From positions 17,703 through 81,702 of the forward strand of contig PNJK01000005.1 in NCBI GenBank assembly GCA_013821825.1: 64,000 nucleotides of DNA, in the 5' to 3' direction. Below the pieces are notes generated by a model, which was not told the DNA's origin, did not search any database, and worked only from the letters and a program-made list of their open reading frames with translations. Both the position numbers and the translations under genes were made by a program. This DNA comes from Rhodobacter sp. GTDB taxonomy: Bacteria > Pseudomonadota > Alphaproteobacteria > Rhodobacterales > Rhodobacteraceae. Positions 1 through 8,225 of this stretch are shown piece after piece. How positions within the stretch are numbered: the first letter of the stretch is position 1; every line of letters starts with the position of its first letter.

Positions 1-179
1 TAGACGCGGGTGCCCTTGGGCAAAAGGTCGCGGAAACTTTCCACCTTTTCGGCGGTGCGCGGCATCACCTCGATGGAGTAACCTTTCAGGAAGGCCTCCA
101 GAGGTTGACCCGCGGCGGCGGGGGTCTCTTCCTTACGGCGGAAGTTAAAGAGGGCCATCACGTTCTCCTTCAGGGTCAT
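1..179 (-). CDS. methylenetetrahydrofolate reductase-like protein, first 59 codons only (gene runs off the window start)
   Basis: Absent from the ORF track because it has no stop in the window. My reverse-complement translation from ATG 179..177 is MTLKENVMALFNFRRKEETPAAAGQPLEAFLKGYSIEVMPRTAEKVESFRDLLPKGTRV. The frame is open to position 1 and has GC-rich third positions. The N-terminus resembles MetF-like reductases of roseobacter C1 clusters as I remember them. It starts 5 nt after the stop of the upstream same-strand gene, so it is probably in the same operon. Confidence 0.5.
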   Translation of the reverse strand, partial: MTLKENVMALFNFRRKEETPAAAGQPLEAFLKGYSIEVMPRTAEKVESFRDLLPKGTRV

Positions 180-183
180 GGGG

Positions 184-486
184 TCAGGCCTTTGCCCAGC
201 CATCCGCTGCGATCAACGCCTGCAGGCGCTCTGCATCAAACTCTGCCTCCAGCCGTGCCGCTTCCGAGGTAGCGATCCGGTCCGGGTCGCCCTCGATCTC
301 GGCGACGACGGCCTTGTGCCATTCGGCAAGGTAGCTGTCGGTATCGCGCGCGCCGACCTTCATGGCGCAGCGGTCGATCGCCTGTTCGAAACGTTCGGAA
401 AGCTGCACCTTCGATCCGCGCCGGCCCTTGCCGACGATGACCTGGGCCGGGATATCGCGCCAGAAGACAACGGTAACTTCGGCCAT
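184..486 (-). CDS. small conserved protein of unknown function (family usually annotated 'virulence factor'), co-transcribed with the MTHFR-like gene
   Basis: Internal ATG at 486 of ORF 184..732 gives a 100-aa product, MAEVTVVFWRDIPAQVIVGKGRRGSKVQLSERFEQAIDRCAMKVGARDTDSYLAEWHK... A GAGAGGAA Shine-Dalgarno-like run lies upstream. The 82 codons upstream of this ATG are Arg/Ala/Pro-rich and not protein-like. The family name is from memory. Confidence 0.6.
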   Translation of the reverse strand: MAEVTVVFWRDIPAQVIVGKGRRGSKVQLSERFEQAIDRCAMKVGARDTDSYLAEWHKAVVAEIEGDPDRIATSEAARLEAEFDAERLQALIAADGWAKA

Positions 487-966
487 GGTGCGGTGATTCC
501 TCTCGGCTTGGTTGTCCCAACTGATAGTCGCCAATCCCCGACAGGCGAAGTCGGTTTTCGACATTGCGAGGTGAGGATGCGACCCCGCCCGCACCCTCTC
601 CGCCGGGACGGAGGCTAGGCGGAGCCGGGCCCGCAGACCAGCCCCGCAGATCCGAGAAATTTTCATAACCAATATGGGCCGAAGCACAGGCTGGGCCGCA
701 GTGGACCGGCTACCAGCGGCAGGTAAGGCCAAACTGCATCAGGCGGAACTTGACCTCGGTCTGGCAGCCGGAAAAACAGGCGAGCGGCAGGACCCCAAGG
801 TCGGCGCAGGTCAGCTTTTTCTGCGGTGACAGTGTCTGGGGCAGGGATCGCCGACCATGGGTGCGGCCACGGATTGGTCGGGCCCGGAGCCTTTAACCCG
901 CGCAGGCGCTTGTCAGAGGGGTGAAAGCCGACTACCTTTCAAGTTAACCACACATGGAGGGCGGCA

Positions 967-2121
967 ATGACGCCCGAGCGTCCCCATAGGGCGGACGCGA
1001 CTGACGCGCAGGTTGAGACGTCCGAACTCGGATCAGGGGCCGTTTCCCGCGCTGATGCACCGTCTGCCCTATCTGACCAACGGTCAGCACCGCTTTATGC
1101 GGCGCTTGATCTTGGAACAAATTCCTGCCGGATGCTGATTGCCCAGCCTTCGGGCAGTCAGTTTTTGATCATCGACAGCTTTTCCAAGTCCGTCCAGCTG
1201 GGTGTCGGGCTGGAAGCGTCGGGCCGGCTTAGCCGGTCTTCGATGGTGCGCACCATCCAGGCGTTGCGGATCTGCGAAAAGAAGATCGAAAAACACGGCG
1301 TCCGCCGGATGCGTCTGGTCGCGACCGAGGCGTGTCGGCGGGCCCGGAACGCGCGCGATTTCATCCGCCAGGTCCGCCGCGAGACCGGCCTGTCGCTGGA
1401 AATCATCGCGCCCGAGGAAGAGGCCCGCCTTGCAGTCATCTCTTGCGCGCCGCTGGTCAGCCCAACGACAGAGCAGCTTCTTGTCGTCGACATTGGCGGC
1501 GGATCGACCGAACTGGTCTGGATCGACCTTTCCGCCGTGGCCCCGCCAGACCGGCCGAAGGCGATCATGCGGCTTCACACCGGGTTCAACGCGCAAGGCG
1601 AAGGGGCGGTGGCGCGGGTGGTGGACTGGATTTCCGTCCCGCTTGGCGTGGCGACGTTGCGCGACCAGTTCATCGACGTCGATGACGATGCTGCGCGCTT
1701 TGCCCTGATGAGCTGGTTTTTCGAAGAAAACCTTGCCAGCTTCAGCCCCTACAACGCCGAAAACCCGCGTGAAGGGTTCCAGATCGTCGGCACCTCTGGC
1801 ACCGTCACCACCGTCGCAGCCAGTTTCCTGGGCTTGAAGCGCTATGACCGGACCAAGGTTGACGGCCTGCAGATGACCTCGGACCAGATTGACACGGTAA
1901 TCCGCGACTACCTGTCGCTTGGCCCCGAAGGTCGCCGGAATGACCCCCGGATCGGCCGCGACCGCCATGCGCTGATCATGTCGGGGGCGGCGATCCTACA
2001 GGCCCTGATGCGGGTCTGGCCGACTGACCGCTTGTCGGTCGCGGACAGGGGGCTTAGGGAGGGGCTTCTTTACGCTCAGATGAGCAGCGACGGCATTCTC
2101 GGAGACGGACCCTACACATGA
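967..2121 (+). CDS. ppx: Ppx/GppA family exopolyphosphatase / pppGpp phosphohydrolase
   Basis: 384-aa ORF with ASKHA-fold phosphate motifs ([17 protein letters not shown] and [13 protein letters not shown]). GGAGGG lies 5 nt upstream of the ATG. Its stop overlaps the next start (ATGA). Confidence 0.85.
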   Translation: MTPERPHRADATDAQVETSELGSGAVSRADAPSALSDQRSAPLYAALDLGTNSCRMLIAQPSGSQFLIIDSFSKSVQLGVGLEASGRLSRSSMVRTIQALRICEKKIEKHGVRRMRLVATEACRRARNARDFIRQVRRETGLSLEIIAPEEEARLAVISCAPLVSPTTEQLLVVDIGGGSTELVWIDLSAVAPPDRPKAIMRLHTGFNAQGEGAVARVVDWISVPLGVATLRDQFIDVDDDAARFALMSWFFEENLASFSPYNAENPREGFQIVGTSGTVTTVAASFLGLKRYDRTKVDGLQMTSDQIDTVIRDYLSLGPEGRRNDPRIGRDRHALIMSGAAILQALMRVWPTDRLSVADRGLREGLLYAQMSSDGILGDGPYT

Positions 2122-2858
2122 CGGAAAAACCGACCTCGGGCCGTGGCCAGCGCGAATTGCGGGTGCGGGTCAAGACCGCGAAGGGGCGCAAGCTGTCCTC
2201 GACGCTCTGGCTGGAACGACAGTTGAATGACCCCTATGTCATCCGCGCCAAGAAAGAGGGCTACCGTGGTCGCGCGGCCTACAAGATCATCGACCTTGAC
2301 GACCGCTATGGCTTTCTGAAGCCGGGCGCGCGGGTCGTCGACCTTGGCTGTGCGCCGGGTGGCTGGTGTCAGGTGGCGGTGACGCGGGTGAACGCGCTGG
2401 GGCAGAATCCGAAGAAACCGGTGGGCACCGTGCTGGGGATCGACCTGCAGGAGGTCGAAGCGATCTCGGGCGCCGAGATCCATCAGCTTGATTTCCTTGA
2501 GGATGATGCGGACGAAAAGGTGAAGGGCTGGCTGGGCGGTCGCGCCGATGTGGTGATGTCCGACATGGCCGCCGCGGCAAGTGGCCACAAGACCACCGAT
2601 CACCTGCGCATCGTGGCGCTGGTCGAGGCCGCGCTCGCCTTTGCTTTCGACGTGCTGGAGGATGGCGGCACCTTTGTCGCCAAGGTCCTGGCAGGGGGCG
2701 CGGAAAACGCGATGCAGACCATGCTGAAGAAGAACTTCCGCAAGGTCGCGAACGTGAAGCCCCCCGCAAGCCGTTCCGACAGTTCGGAAAAGTTCGTCGT
2801 CGCCATGGGCTTTCGCGGCCGCGAGATCGAGGGCGGCGCGGGGCAGGGCGACGATTGA
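2118..2858 (+). CDS. rlmE: 23S rRNA (uridine-2'-O)-methyltransferase RlmE (FtsJ)
   Basis: 246 aa. N-terminal [15 protein letters not shown]...[23 protein letters not shown] followed by the SAM motif [14 protein letters not shown] is typical of FtsJ/RlmE. Confidence 0.9.
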   Translation: MTEKPTSGRGQRELRVRVKTAKGRKLSSTLWLERQLNDPYVIRAKKEGYRGRAAYKIIDLDDRYGFLKPGARVVDLGCAPGGWCQVAVTRVNALGQNPKKPVGTVLGIDLQEVEAISGAEIHQLDFLEDDADEKVKGWLGGRADVVMSDMAAAASGHKTTDHLRIVALVEAALAFAFDVLEDGGTFVAKVLAGGAENAMQTMLKKNFRKVANVKPPASRSDSSEKFVVAMGFRGREIEGGAGQGDD

Positions 2859-2876
2859 TAGAATCCTAATGAAAAA

Positions 2877-2898
2877 GGCGCCCGAAGGCGCCCTTTTT
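2877..2898. terminator. bidirectional intrinsic terminator hairpin between convergent rlmE and DUF882 genes
   Basis: AAAAA-GGCGCC-CGAA-GGCGCC-CTTTTT. The stem is 6 bp, with an A-run on one side and a T-run on the other. Confidence 0.7.
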
Positions 2899-2914
2899 CG
2901 TCAGGTTGGCTGGT

Positions 2915-3484
2915 TCAGCCGCCCCAGCTGCGGACCGGACCAGAATCCATGTGGACGAAATTGGACCGCGAGTATTTCCCGACCCCGCCCGAAGCGCAGG
3001 CCGCCGCCGCCTTGGCCATCTGGCTGACGGACCGCGATTTCAGCCGCAGGTCCGCCGCCTGGCCGACCATGTGGAGCGAGTTCTTGGCAACGCCTCTCGA
3101 CTTTGCGCGCAGCATCGCGTTGGTCTTCGGGGAACGGTAGCCCGACAGCAGCATGAACGGCTCGCTTACGTCCATCAGCCGGTGCGAGGCGGCCATGATG
3201 TCGATGTTGCGCATGTCGATCGGGATCGCGTCGTCAGACCGCCAATCGCGCATGAAGTAATTGATTTCCTTCATGACTTCTGGGATGTATTCGCCTTCGA
3301 CCCAGTAAATCGTGTCGATGCTTTCGCCGGTGCGACCCGAATACATGCGAATTCTGCGGATGTCGCCCGAGCCTTTCAGCAGGCTGAACGCATTGGAGTA
3401 GGTGGGCGCGGCAATCACCGCAGTTGCCGCGAACACGCCAAGCAGGCCACGCCGTGTGACACCGAAACTTTTTTGATCCGTCAT
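2915..3484 (-). CDS. DUF882 (YcbK/MepK-like) Tat-exported peptidase M15 family protein
   Basis: 189 aa. The twin-arginine leader is MTDQKSFGVTRRGLLGVFAATAVIAAPTYSNA. The conserved DUF882 core is readable (YWVEGEYIPEVMKEINYFMRDWR, SGYRSPKTNA, SLHMVGQAADL, FVHMD). Confidence 0.85.
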   Translation of the reverse strand: MTDQKSFGVTRRGLLGVFAATAVIAAPTYSNAFSLLKGSGDIRRIRMYSGRTGESIDTIYWVEGEYIPEVMKEINYFMRDWRSDDAIPIDMRNIDIMAASHRLMDVSEPFMLLSGYRSPKTNAMLRAKSRGVAKNSLHMVGQAADLRLKSRSVSQMAKAAAACASGGVGKYSRSNFVHMDSGPVRSWGG

Positions 3485-3776
3485 TCTAACGTCTGTCCCC
3501 GTCGCTGTCTTCGACTGCCTTTGCGCAGCTCTCGTGCACCTTCTTCCCCAAGTGCAGCGACTTTATTGCACATGTCGAATCGAAGCCCAAGCGCCGATTG
3601 CCCACCGGTTCCCCAGCACAACCTGAATCGGCAAATTTTCGCTGAACGCTACCAAATCTTGCCGTCTGTGATCGGACTGCATCGGATTCGGGTCCGACTG
3701 TCGCCGAAACGGACACAATCATCCGGCAAAAGGACCTCAGACGGTTTGTGAGTGGACAGGTTCCACGTTTTCACGA

Positions 3777-4479
3777 AAGCACGAAGGGATCGCCGGTGAC
3801 GACGAGGCGATTGCCGAATAGTGTGGCAAGACCGGCTATGAGCCGCTGTGGACCGGCGCAGAGGACACCGGCCGGCGCCAAGCCTTTCTTGCCGCCATAG
3901 CCGGGGTTGCGGACCACGGTCTGCCGGTCCAGCGCCATGATGCGGTGGCGCTTGCGGCTTCCCTGCGCACGGCGCAGTCCGAAGGCGACCGGGGCCGAAT
4001 CTTGGTGGCGATGACCCGCGCCGATCTGGCCTGGGCGCGGGACCTCACCTCGGGCGCGATGGATCCGGCCAAGGCTGATACCGGGATCGTCCGGCAATGC
4101 GCTGGGGAAGGTGAAGTTCATGTTCCCGAATCCCTTCAACATCTATCCGCATGACACGCCGTCGAAATCCCTGTTCGACAACGAGGTGCGCGCCTACAGC
4201 CATGGCTGCATCCGCATGGCCGATCCTTTCGATCTGGCCTATGCGCTGCTGTCCCGGCAGACCGCCACGCCCGAAGACGATTTCGCAGCCCATCTGGAAA
4301 GCGGCAAGGAAACGACGGTCAAACTGGAAAAATCCGTGCCGGTGCATCTCGTCCATTTCACCGCCTATCCCGACGCCAAGGGCCGGATCGGTAATCGCCA
4401 CGACGTCCATGGGCGGGACGCAGCGCTTCACAAGGCGCTGGAAGCGGCCGGGGTGGTCTTGGGCGGAGTTCAGGGCTAA
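3777..4479 (+). pseudogene. decayed YcbB/LdtD-type L,D-transpeptidase: in-frame stop, frameshift and loss of the central ~300 codons
   Basis: Frame 0 reads KHEGIAGDDEAIAE-TAG(3819..3821)-CGKTGYEPLWTGAEDTGRRQAFLAAIAGVADHGLPVQRHDAVALAASL...ILVAMTRADLAWARDLTSGAMDP, which is N-terminal region homology. Around 4060-4070 the homology jumps to frame +1: [58 protein letters not shown]... to the stop at 4479, which is the YkuD catalytic C-terminus. There is no signal peptide, no usable start, and no PG-binding or central part. Intact homologues are ~530 aa (from memory). Confidence 0.65.
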
Positions 4480-4510
4480 GCCTTCCGCCAGGACGCAGAC
4501 GGAGCAGGCC

Positions 4511-5602
4511 ATGACCCATACGATCCGTGACATCGCTCTGGCCCTCGGGACCGAGGCGGAGGGCGACCTTGACCTCACGGTTGCCGGTGCCGCCGAACCG
4601 CAGGCGGCGGGGCCCGATACGCTCGCCCTCGCGATGGACCCGCGCTATGGCGACGGAATTTCCAAAGGCCAGGCGCGCGCAGCGATGGTCTGGCCCGGCG
4701 CCGACTGGCGCGCGATGGGTCTTCAGGCCGCGATCTTTGCCCCGCGCGGGCGGCTGGCCATGGCAGGCCTGACACGGCTGATGGACCCGGGGCCGGACAT
4801 CGCGCCCGGGATTCACCCCATGGCAATCGTCGATCCAAGCGCCAGCATTGGCGAAGGCGCGGCCATCGGGCCATTCGTGACCATCGGCGCGGGAGCAATA
4901 ATTGGCCCGAACGCCCGCATCGCGAGCCACGCGTCCATCGCCGAGGGCGCTCGGATCGGATCGGCGGCGCTGATCCTGCAAGGCGCGCGCATTGGGGCAC
5001 GCGTCACCATCGGCGACAGCTTCATCTGCCAGCCCGGCGCGGTGATCGGCGCGGACGGGTTTTCCTTTGTCACGCCGGAGAAGTCGGGGGTGGAGGAGAT
5101 CCGCGAGACCCTCGGCTCGCGCGCCGACATCAAGGACCAAAGCTGGGCACGGATACATTCGCTTGGTGCCGTAACCATCGGTGATAACGTGGAAATCGGT
5201 GCAAATGTTTGCATCGACCGGGGCACGATCCGGGACACCGTGATCGGCGACGGCACCAAGCTCGACAACCTTGTCCACATCGGCCACAACGTCCAGGTCG
5301 GGCGGGATTGCCTGCTGTGCGGCCAGGTCGGCATCGCCGGGTCGGCCCGGATCGGCGACCGGGTGGTGCTGGGCGGGCAATGTGGCGTCAACGACAACAT
5401 CTTTGTCGGCAATGACGTGATTGCGGGCGGGGCCACCAAGATCTTCACCAATGCACCTGCGGGCCGGGTGCTGCTGGGGTATCCGGCGGTCAAGATGGAA
5501 ACCCATGTCGAGATGCAGAAGGCGCTGCGCCGGCTGCCGCGCCTTGCCCGCCGCGTTGCGGCGTTGGAAAAGGGCATTCCCATGGCCCCCGAAGCCGAGT
5601 AG
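4511..5602 (+). CDS. UDP-3-O-acylglucosamine N-acyltransferase (LpxD)-like left-handed beta-helix acyltransferase
   Basis: ATG at 4511 inside ORF 4151..5602 gives 363 aa. It has an LpxD-type N-terminal domain ([19 protein letters not shown]...) and many hexapeptide repeats ([25 protein letters not shown]...). The catalytic-His context is [11 protein letters not shown], and there is a C-terminal helical tail. Confidence 0.8.
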   Translation: MTHTIRDIALALGTEAEGDLDLTVAGAAEPQAAGPDTLALAMDPRYGDGISKGQARAAMVWPGADWRAMGLQAAIFAPRGRLAMAGLTRLMDPGPDIAPGIHPMAIVDPSASIGEGAAIGPFVTIGAGAIIGPNARIASHASIAEGARIGSAALILQGARIGARVTIGDSFICQPGAVIGADGFSFVTPEKSGVEEIRETLGSRADIKDQSWARIHSLGAVTIGDNVEIGANVCIDRGTIRDTVIGDGTKLDNLVHIGHNVQVGRDCLLCGQVGIAGSARIGDRVVLGGQCGVNDNIFVGNDVIAGGATKIFTNAPAGRVLLGYPAVKMETHVEMQKALRRLPRLARRVAALEKGIPMAPEAE

Positions 5603-5625
5603 CGAGCCGTCACGGGAGGCCCGGA

Positions 5626-5898
5626 ATGCAGCCAGACGTGCAAGAAATCGAAACCGCGGTCATCGCGATTCTGGCGACGCAGCTGTTGCTGCCGCCGTCC
5701 GAAATCACCCCCGACGCGCGGGTCGATGACCTTGGCCTTGACAGTCTGGGCAAGGTCGAAGCGATTTTCGCGCTGGAGGAACGCTTTGGCATCTCCATTC
5801 CGTTCAACGCCAACCTGCCCGACCAGCCCAAGTTCGACTTTGCCTCTGTCCCCGCTATCGTCGCTGGCGTGACGCAGTTGATCGCCGAAAAACCGTGA
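5626..5898 (+). CDS. acyl carrier protein (dedicated, non-AcpP type)
   Basis: 90 aa. The phosphopantetheine attachment motif is DDLGLDSLGKVE. GGGAGG lies upstream of the ATG, and the gene starts 23 nt after the LpxD-like stop. Confidence 0.85.
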   Translation: MQPDVQEIETAVIAILATQLLLPPSEITPDARVDDLGLDSLGKVEAIFALEERFGISIPFNANLPDQPKFDFASVPAIVAGVTQLIAEKP

Positions 5899-7085
5899 GG
5901 CGTGTCGTCATTACGGGGATAGGCACGGTGAATGCGCTGGCCCATGACGTGCCGGGCACTTTCACTGCGTTGGCAGAGGGTCGTTCGGGCATCGGCGCGC
6001 TGACTTTCCGCGATGCCGACAGGCTGACGATCCGCATCGGGGCAGAGGTTCGCGACTGGGCGCCGGCCCTCGATCCATCCCGCCTGCTGCTTTGCGACCG
6101 CGTCACGCAATATGCGCTGGTCGCGGGGGCGGAAGCGATGGCGATGGCAGGACTTTCGCCCGGCCTTGGCCCGCGTGGCGGGGTGATCCTTGGCACGGCC
6201 GCAGGCGGGATTTCGACTTGGGAGGACAGCTATCGCGCGGTTTTTGCGGAGGGGAAATCCCGGGTCTCGCCATTGGTCGTGCCCCGCCTGATGCACAACG
6301 CGCCCGCCTCGCATCTGTCGATTGCGCATGGCTTGCAGGGGCCGGTCCTTGCCATCTCCTCGGCCTGTGCCAGCGCCAATCACGCGATGGGGCTGGCGCT
6401 GCAACAGATCCGGTACGGGCTTGCCGATGTGATCCTGACCGGCGGGTCCGAGGCGATGCTGTGTTTTGGCGGCGTCAAGGCGTGGGAGGGGCTGCGCGTG
6501 CTGGCCCCCGATGCCTGCCGCCCGTTCTCGCTTGGTCGCAAGGGGTTGGTGATCGGCGACGGCGCCGGGGTGCTGGTGTTCGAGGCCGAAGACCACGCCC
6601 GCGCCCGGGGTGCGCCTATCCTGGCCGAGGTTGCGGGCTTCGGCATGACGGCGGATGCCGGTGACATCGTGGCGCCGGATCCCGAAGGCGCTGCCCGCGC
6701 CATGCGGCTGGCGCTGGCGGATGCCGGGATGACAGGCGCCGACATCGGTTATATCAACGCCCATGGCACCGGGACGCTGGCCAATGACCGCAGTGAAAGC
6801 GCTGCGATCCTTGACGTCTTCGGGGCGTCGCCGCCGCCCGTATCCTCGACCAAATCGATGCATGGCCATGCCATCGGGGCGACCGGTGCGCTGGAGGCGA
6901 TTGCCTGTGTTCTGGCGCTGACTCAAGGCATGCTGCCCCCGACCATCCGGTATCAGGCGGTGGACCCCGATTGCCCGCTGGATGTGGTGCCGAACATGGC
7001 CCGCCGCGCCCAGGTGGCGGCAGTCCTGTCCAACGCCTTCGCCTTTGGCGGTCTGAACGCGGTGCTTGCGTTGCGCGCGGCCTGA
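5895..7085 (+). CDS. beta-ketoacyl-ACP synthase (KAS I/II, FabF-like)
   Basis: 396 aa. The GTG start overlaps the ACP stop (GTGA). The Cys-His-His triad contexts are readable: ISSACASANHAMG, YINAHGTGTLAND, KSMHGHAIGATG. Confidence 0.9.
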   Translation: MRRVVITGIGTVNALAHDVPGTFTALAEGRSGIGALTFRDADRLTIRIGAEVRDWAPALDPSRLLLCDRVTQYALVAGAEAMAMAGLSPGLGPRGGVILGTAAGGISTWEDSYRAVFAEGKSRVSPLVVPRLMHNAPASHLSIAHGLQGPVLAISSACASANHAMGLALQQIRYGLADVILTGGSEAMLCFGGVKAWEGLRVLAPDACRPFSLGRKGLVIGDGAGVLVFEAEDHARARGAPILAEVAGFGMTADAGDIVAPDPEGAARAMRLALADAGMTGADIGYINAHGTGTLANDRSESAAILDVFGASPPPVSSTKSMHGHAIGATGALEAIACVLALTQGMLPPTIRYQAVDPDCPLDVVPNMARRAQVAAVLSNAFAFGGLNAVLALRAA

Positions 7086-7114
7086 ATGCGAAAGGCCTGA
7101 GCGAGGCAGGCTTG

Positions 7115-7143
7115 AACGAAACAGACCGGCCCCTGCGGGCCGG
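7115..7143 (-). terminator. intrinsic terminator hairpin downstream of the IalB-like gene (may also stop the convergent KAS operon)
   Basis: CCGGCCC-CTGC-GGGCCGG, a 7-bp stem at 7126..7143. On the minus strand it is followed by TCTGTTTCGTT. Confidence 0.5.
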
Positions 7144-7170
7144 CCCTCTATCGTGTGCCTTGATCCGGCG

Positions 7171-7839
7171 TCACTCGTTCGCGGCGCCGCCTGCTGCGAC
7201 CGCGGCAGCGTCCGCCGCATCATTGGCCGCATCCACTGCCGCAATTCCGGCCGTAAAGCCCTTGAGCGAGGCTTGCAGAACGACCTGCTCATCGGGAGCG
7301 ACGAAAGGCACGATCACGATGGTCGCGGTCGCGCCCTTTTTCATCTGCGCCACGTCCTCGTCGGTAAAGCCAAGCCGGGCCACGCAGCCGATCTGGGTGC
7401 AGAAGGTGAAGGGATAAGCCTTGGGCTTCGCAGCATCAATCTGCAGCGTCATCCCTGCGGTCAGCAGCGTTTCGAGCGGGGCGATGAAGGTGGCGCCGGC
7501 AACCGCCGGACCTTCGGTGCCCTTGGGCAGGCCGAAAATGGTAAACTCGGCCACTGAATTCCCGTCCTTGTCCTTCAGCAGCATGTAGAGCTGGCAAGGG
7601 TCGATGCCGCCTTCCGTGCGGACGCAGCGCTGCTCCCAGGCTTCGAAGGTGGCGGCGGTATAAGTGTCGCCCACCTGATCGCCCGTGCCAAGTTCGGCGC
7701 CCATCGACAACCCTTCGGCGGTGGCCGCATCCGCGGGTGCCGCTTCTTCGGTTGCGGGGGCCTCAGTCGTCTGCGCCATCAGCGGCGCTGCCGCAAGCGC
7801 AAGAATGAGGGCAAGCGCGGTGGTCTTTGTCTTGGCCAT
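7171..7839 (-). CDS. invasion-associated locus B (IalB) family periplasmic protein
   Basis: ATG 7839 gives MAKTKTTALALILALAAAPLMAQT, a signal peptide, with AAAGGA upstream. The core WEQRCVRTEGGIDPCQLYMLL...FTFCTQIGCVARLGF is typical of IalB-like proteins. The C-terminus is an Ala/Asp-rich low-complexity tail. Confidence 0.8.
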   Translation of the reverse strand: MAKTKTTALALILALAAAPLMAQTTEAPATEEAAPADAATAEGLSMGAELGTGDQVGDTYTAATFEAWEQRCVRTEGGIDPCQLYMLLKDKDGNSVAEFTIFGLPKGTEGPAVAGATFIAPLETLLTAGMTLQIDAAKPKAYPFTFCTQIGCVARLGFTDEDVAQMKKGATATIVIVPFVAPDEQVVLQASLKGFTAGIAAVDAANDAADAAAVAAGGAANE

Positions 7840-7970
7840 CTTTGGCAAATCCTTTGGTGGAACGGTCAATCTGGCGGGTCCTTAGCATGCCCTGTGGGGC
7901 AAGTCAGGTCAGAAAGTCGTGCTCCGGCGGGCATCTGCCGGGTGGCAGGGAGCCTCCTGCCGGACCAATG

Positions 7971-8007
7971 AAAAAGGGCCGGAAGAACCGGCCCTTTTCG
8001 AATTTTG
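7971..8007. terminator. bidirectional intrinsic terminator-like hairpin inside a divergent intergenic region
   Basis: AAAAA-GGGCCGG-AAGAA-CCGGCCC-TTTTCGAATTTT. The stem is 7 bp with U-tracts in both orientations. No annotated gene reads into it. Confidence 0.6.
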
Positions 8008-8110
8008 TTATTGCTCCCTGTCGGACTGGCCGACTTCATGGAAACGGACGCTACGGTGGTTTTCAGGGGAGGTCAACGGGATTCTGCACGTTGACACTGT
8101 GCCAGAGCAC
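7971..8110 (-). ncRNA. candidate small RNA 2 (tandem to candidate 1; strand and 5' end uncertain)
   Basis: On the minus strand there is a perfect 7-bp hairpin, GTCAACG-N10-CGTTGAC (8072..8095). It is followed by single-stranded CCUCCCCUG (complement of 8064..8072), a GTCGG-CCAGT-CCGAC hairpin, and then the 7971..8007 terminator with a U5 tail. Confidence 0.2.
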
Positions 8111-8141
8111 CGAAAAAAACCGCGCCTTTTCAAGGGCGCGG
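8111..8141 (-). terminator. minus-strand intrinsic terminator inside the same divergent intergenic region
   Basis: The minus strand reads CCGCGCC-CTTGAAAA-GGCGCGG-TTTTTTT, a 7-bp GC stem with a U7 tail. There is no T-tract in the plus orientation. Confidence 0.7.
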
Positions 8142-8225
8142 CCAGTTGCTAGGGAGGAAGTCACCGTCTGGCCGCCCAATGCTGATGGCCTGGCAGGTTC
8201 AGGGTGGCAGAACGGGGCTAAAAAT
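8112..8225 (-). ncRNA. candidate small RNA 1 (terminator-defined 3' end, 5' end not determined)
   Basis: The minus-strand sequence ...GGCCAGACGGTGACTTCCTCCCTAGCAACTGGCC-terminator places CUUCCUCCCUAG (complement of 8149..8160) in the loop of a 5-6 bp stem directly 5' of the U7 terminator. There is no credible ORF. I could not place a promoter. Confidence 0.3.

Noticed and set aside
712-860. Cys-containing minus-strand frame ...KKLTCADLGVLPLACFSGCQTEVKFRLMQFGLTCRW* in the ppx upstream gap
   Set aside because: It has no ATG or GTG start with an SD, it is short, and I recognise no family. It is more likely non-coding leader or promoter DNA.
3486-3722. 78-aa minus-strand ORF ending 1 nt before the DUF882 start (possible upstream partner gene)
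   Set aside because: Its third-codon-position GC is only about half, against the strongly GC3-biased real genes here. It has no SD and no recognisable motifs. The region is better explained as the AT-richer divergent promoter region.
4111-4479. 122-aa ORF as a stand-alone YkuD-domain gene
   Set aside because: It starts at a GTG in the middle of the conserved GNALGKVKF motif and has no signal peptide or SD. Homology continues upstream in the same frame and then in another frame, so it is the C-terminal remnant of the pseudogene. Residual expression cannot be excluded.
7895-7965. Possible SRP (4.5S) RNA or RNase P RNA: GTCAGGTCAGAAAGTCGTGCTCC and GCCGGGTGGCAGGG resemble the SRP 'GUCAGGUCCGGAAGGAAGC' / 'GCUGGCAGGG' words and the RNase P 'GGAAAGUCCGGGCUCC' word
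   Set aside because: The universally conserved cores are not intact. There is no GGAA tetraloop helix-8 context and no AGUCCGGGCU. The order of elements relative to the hairpins does not fit either RNA. I treat it as a chance resemblance, and a covariance-model scan would settle it.
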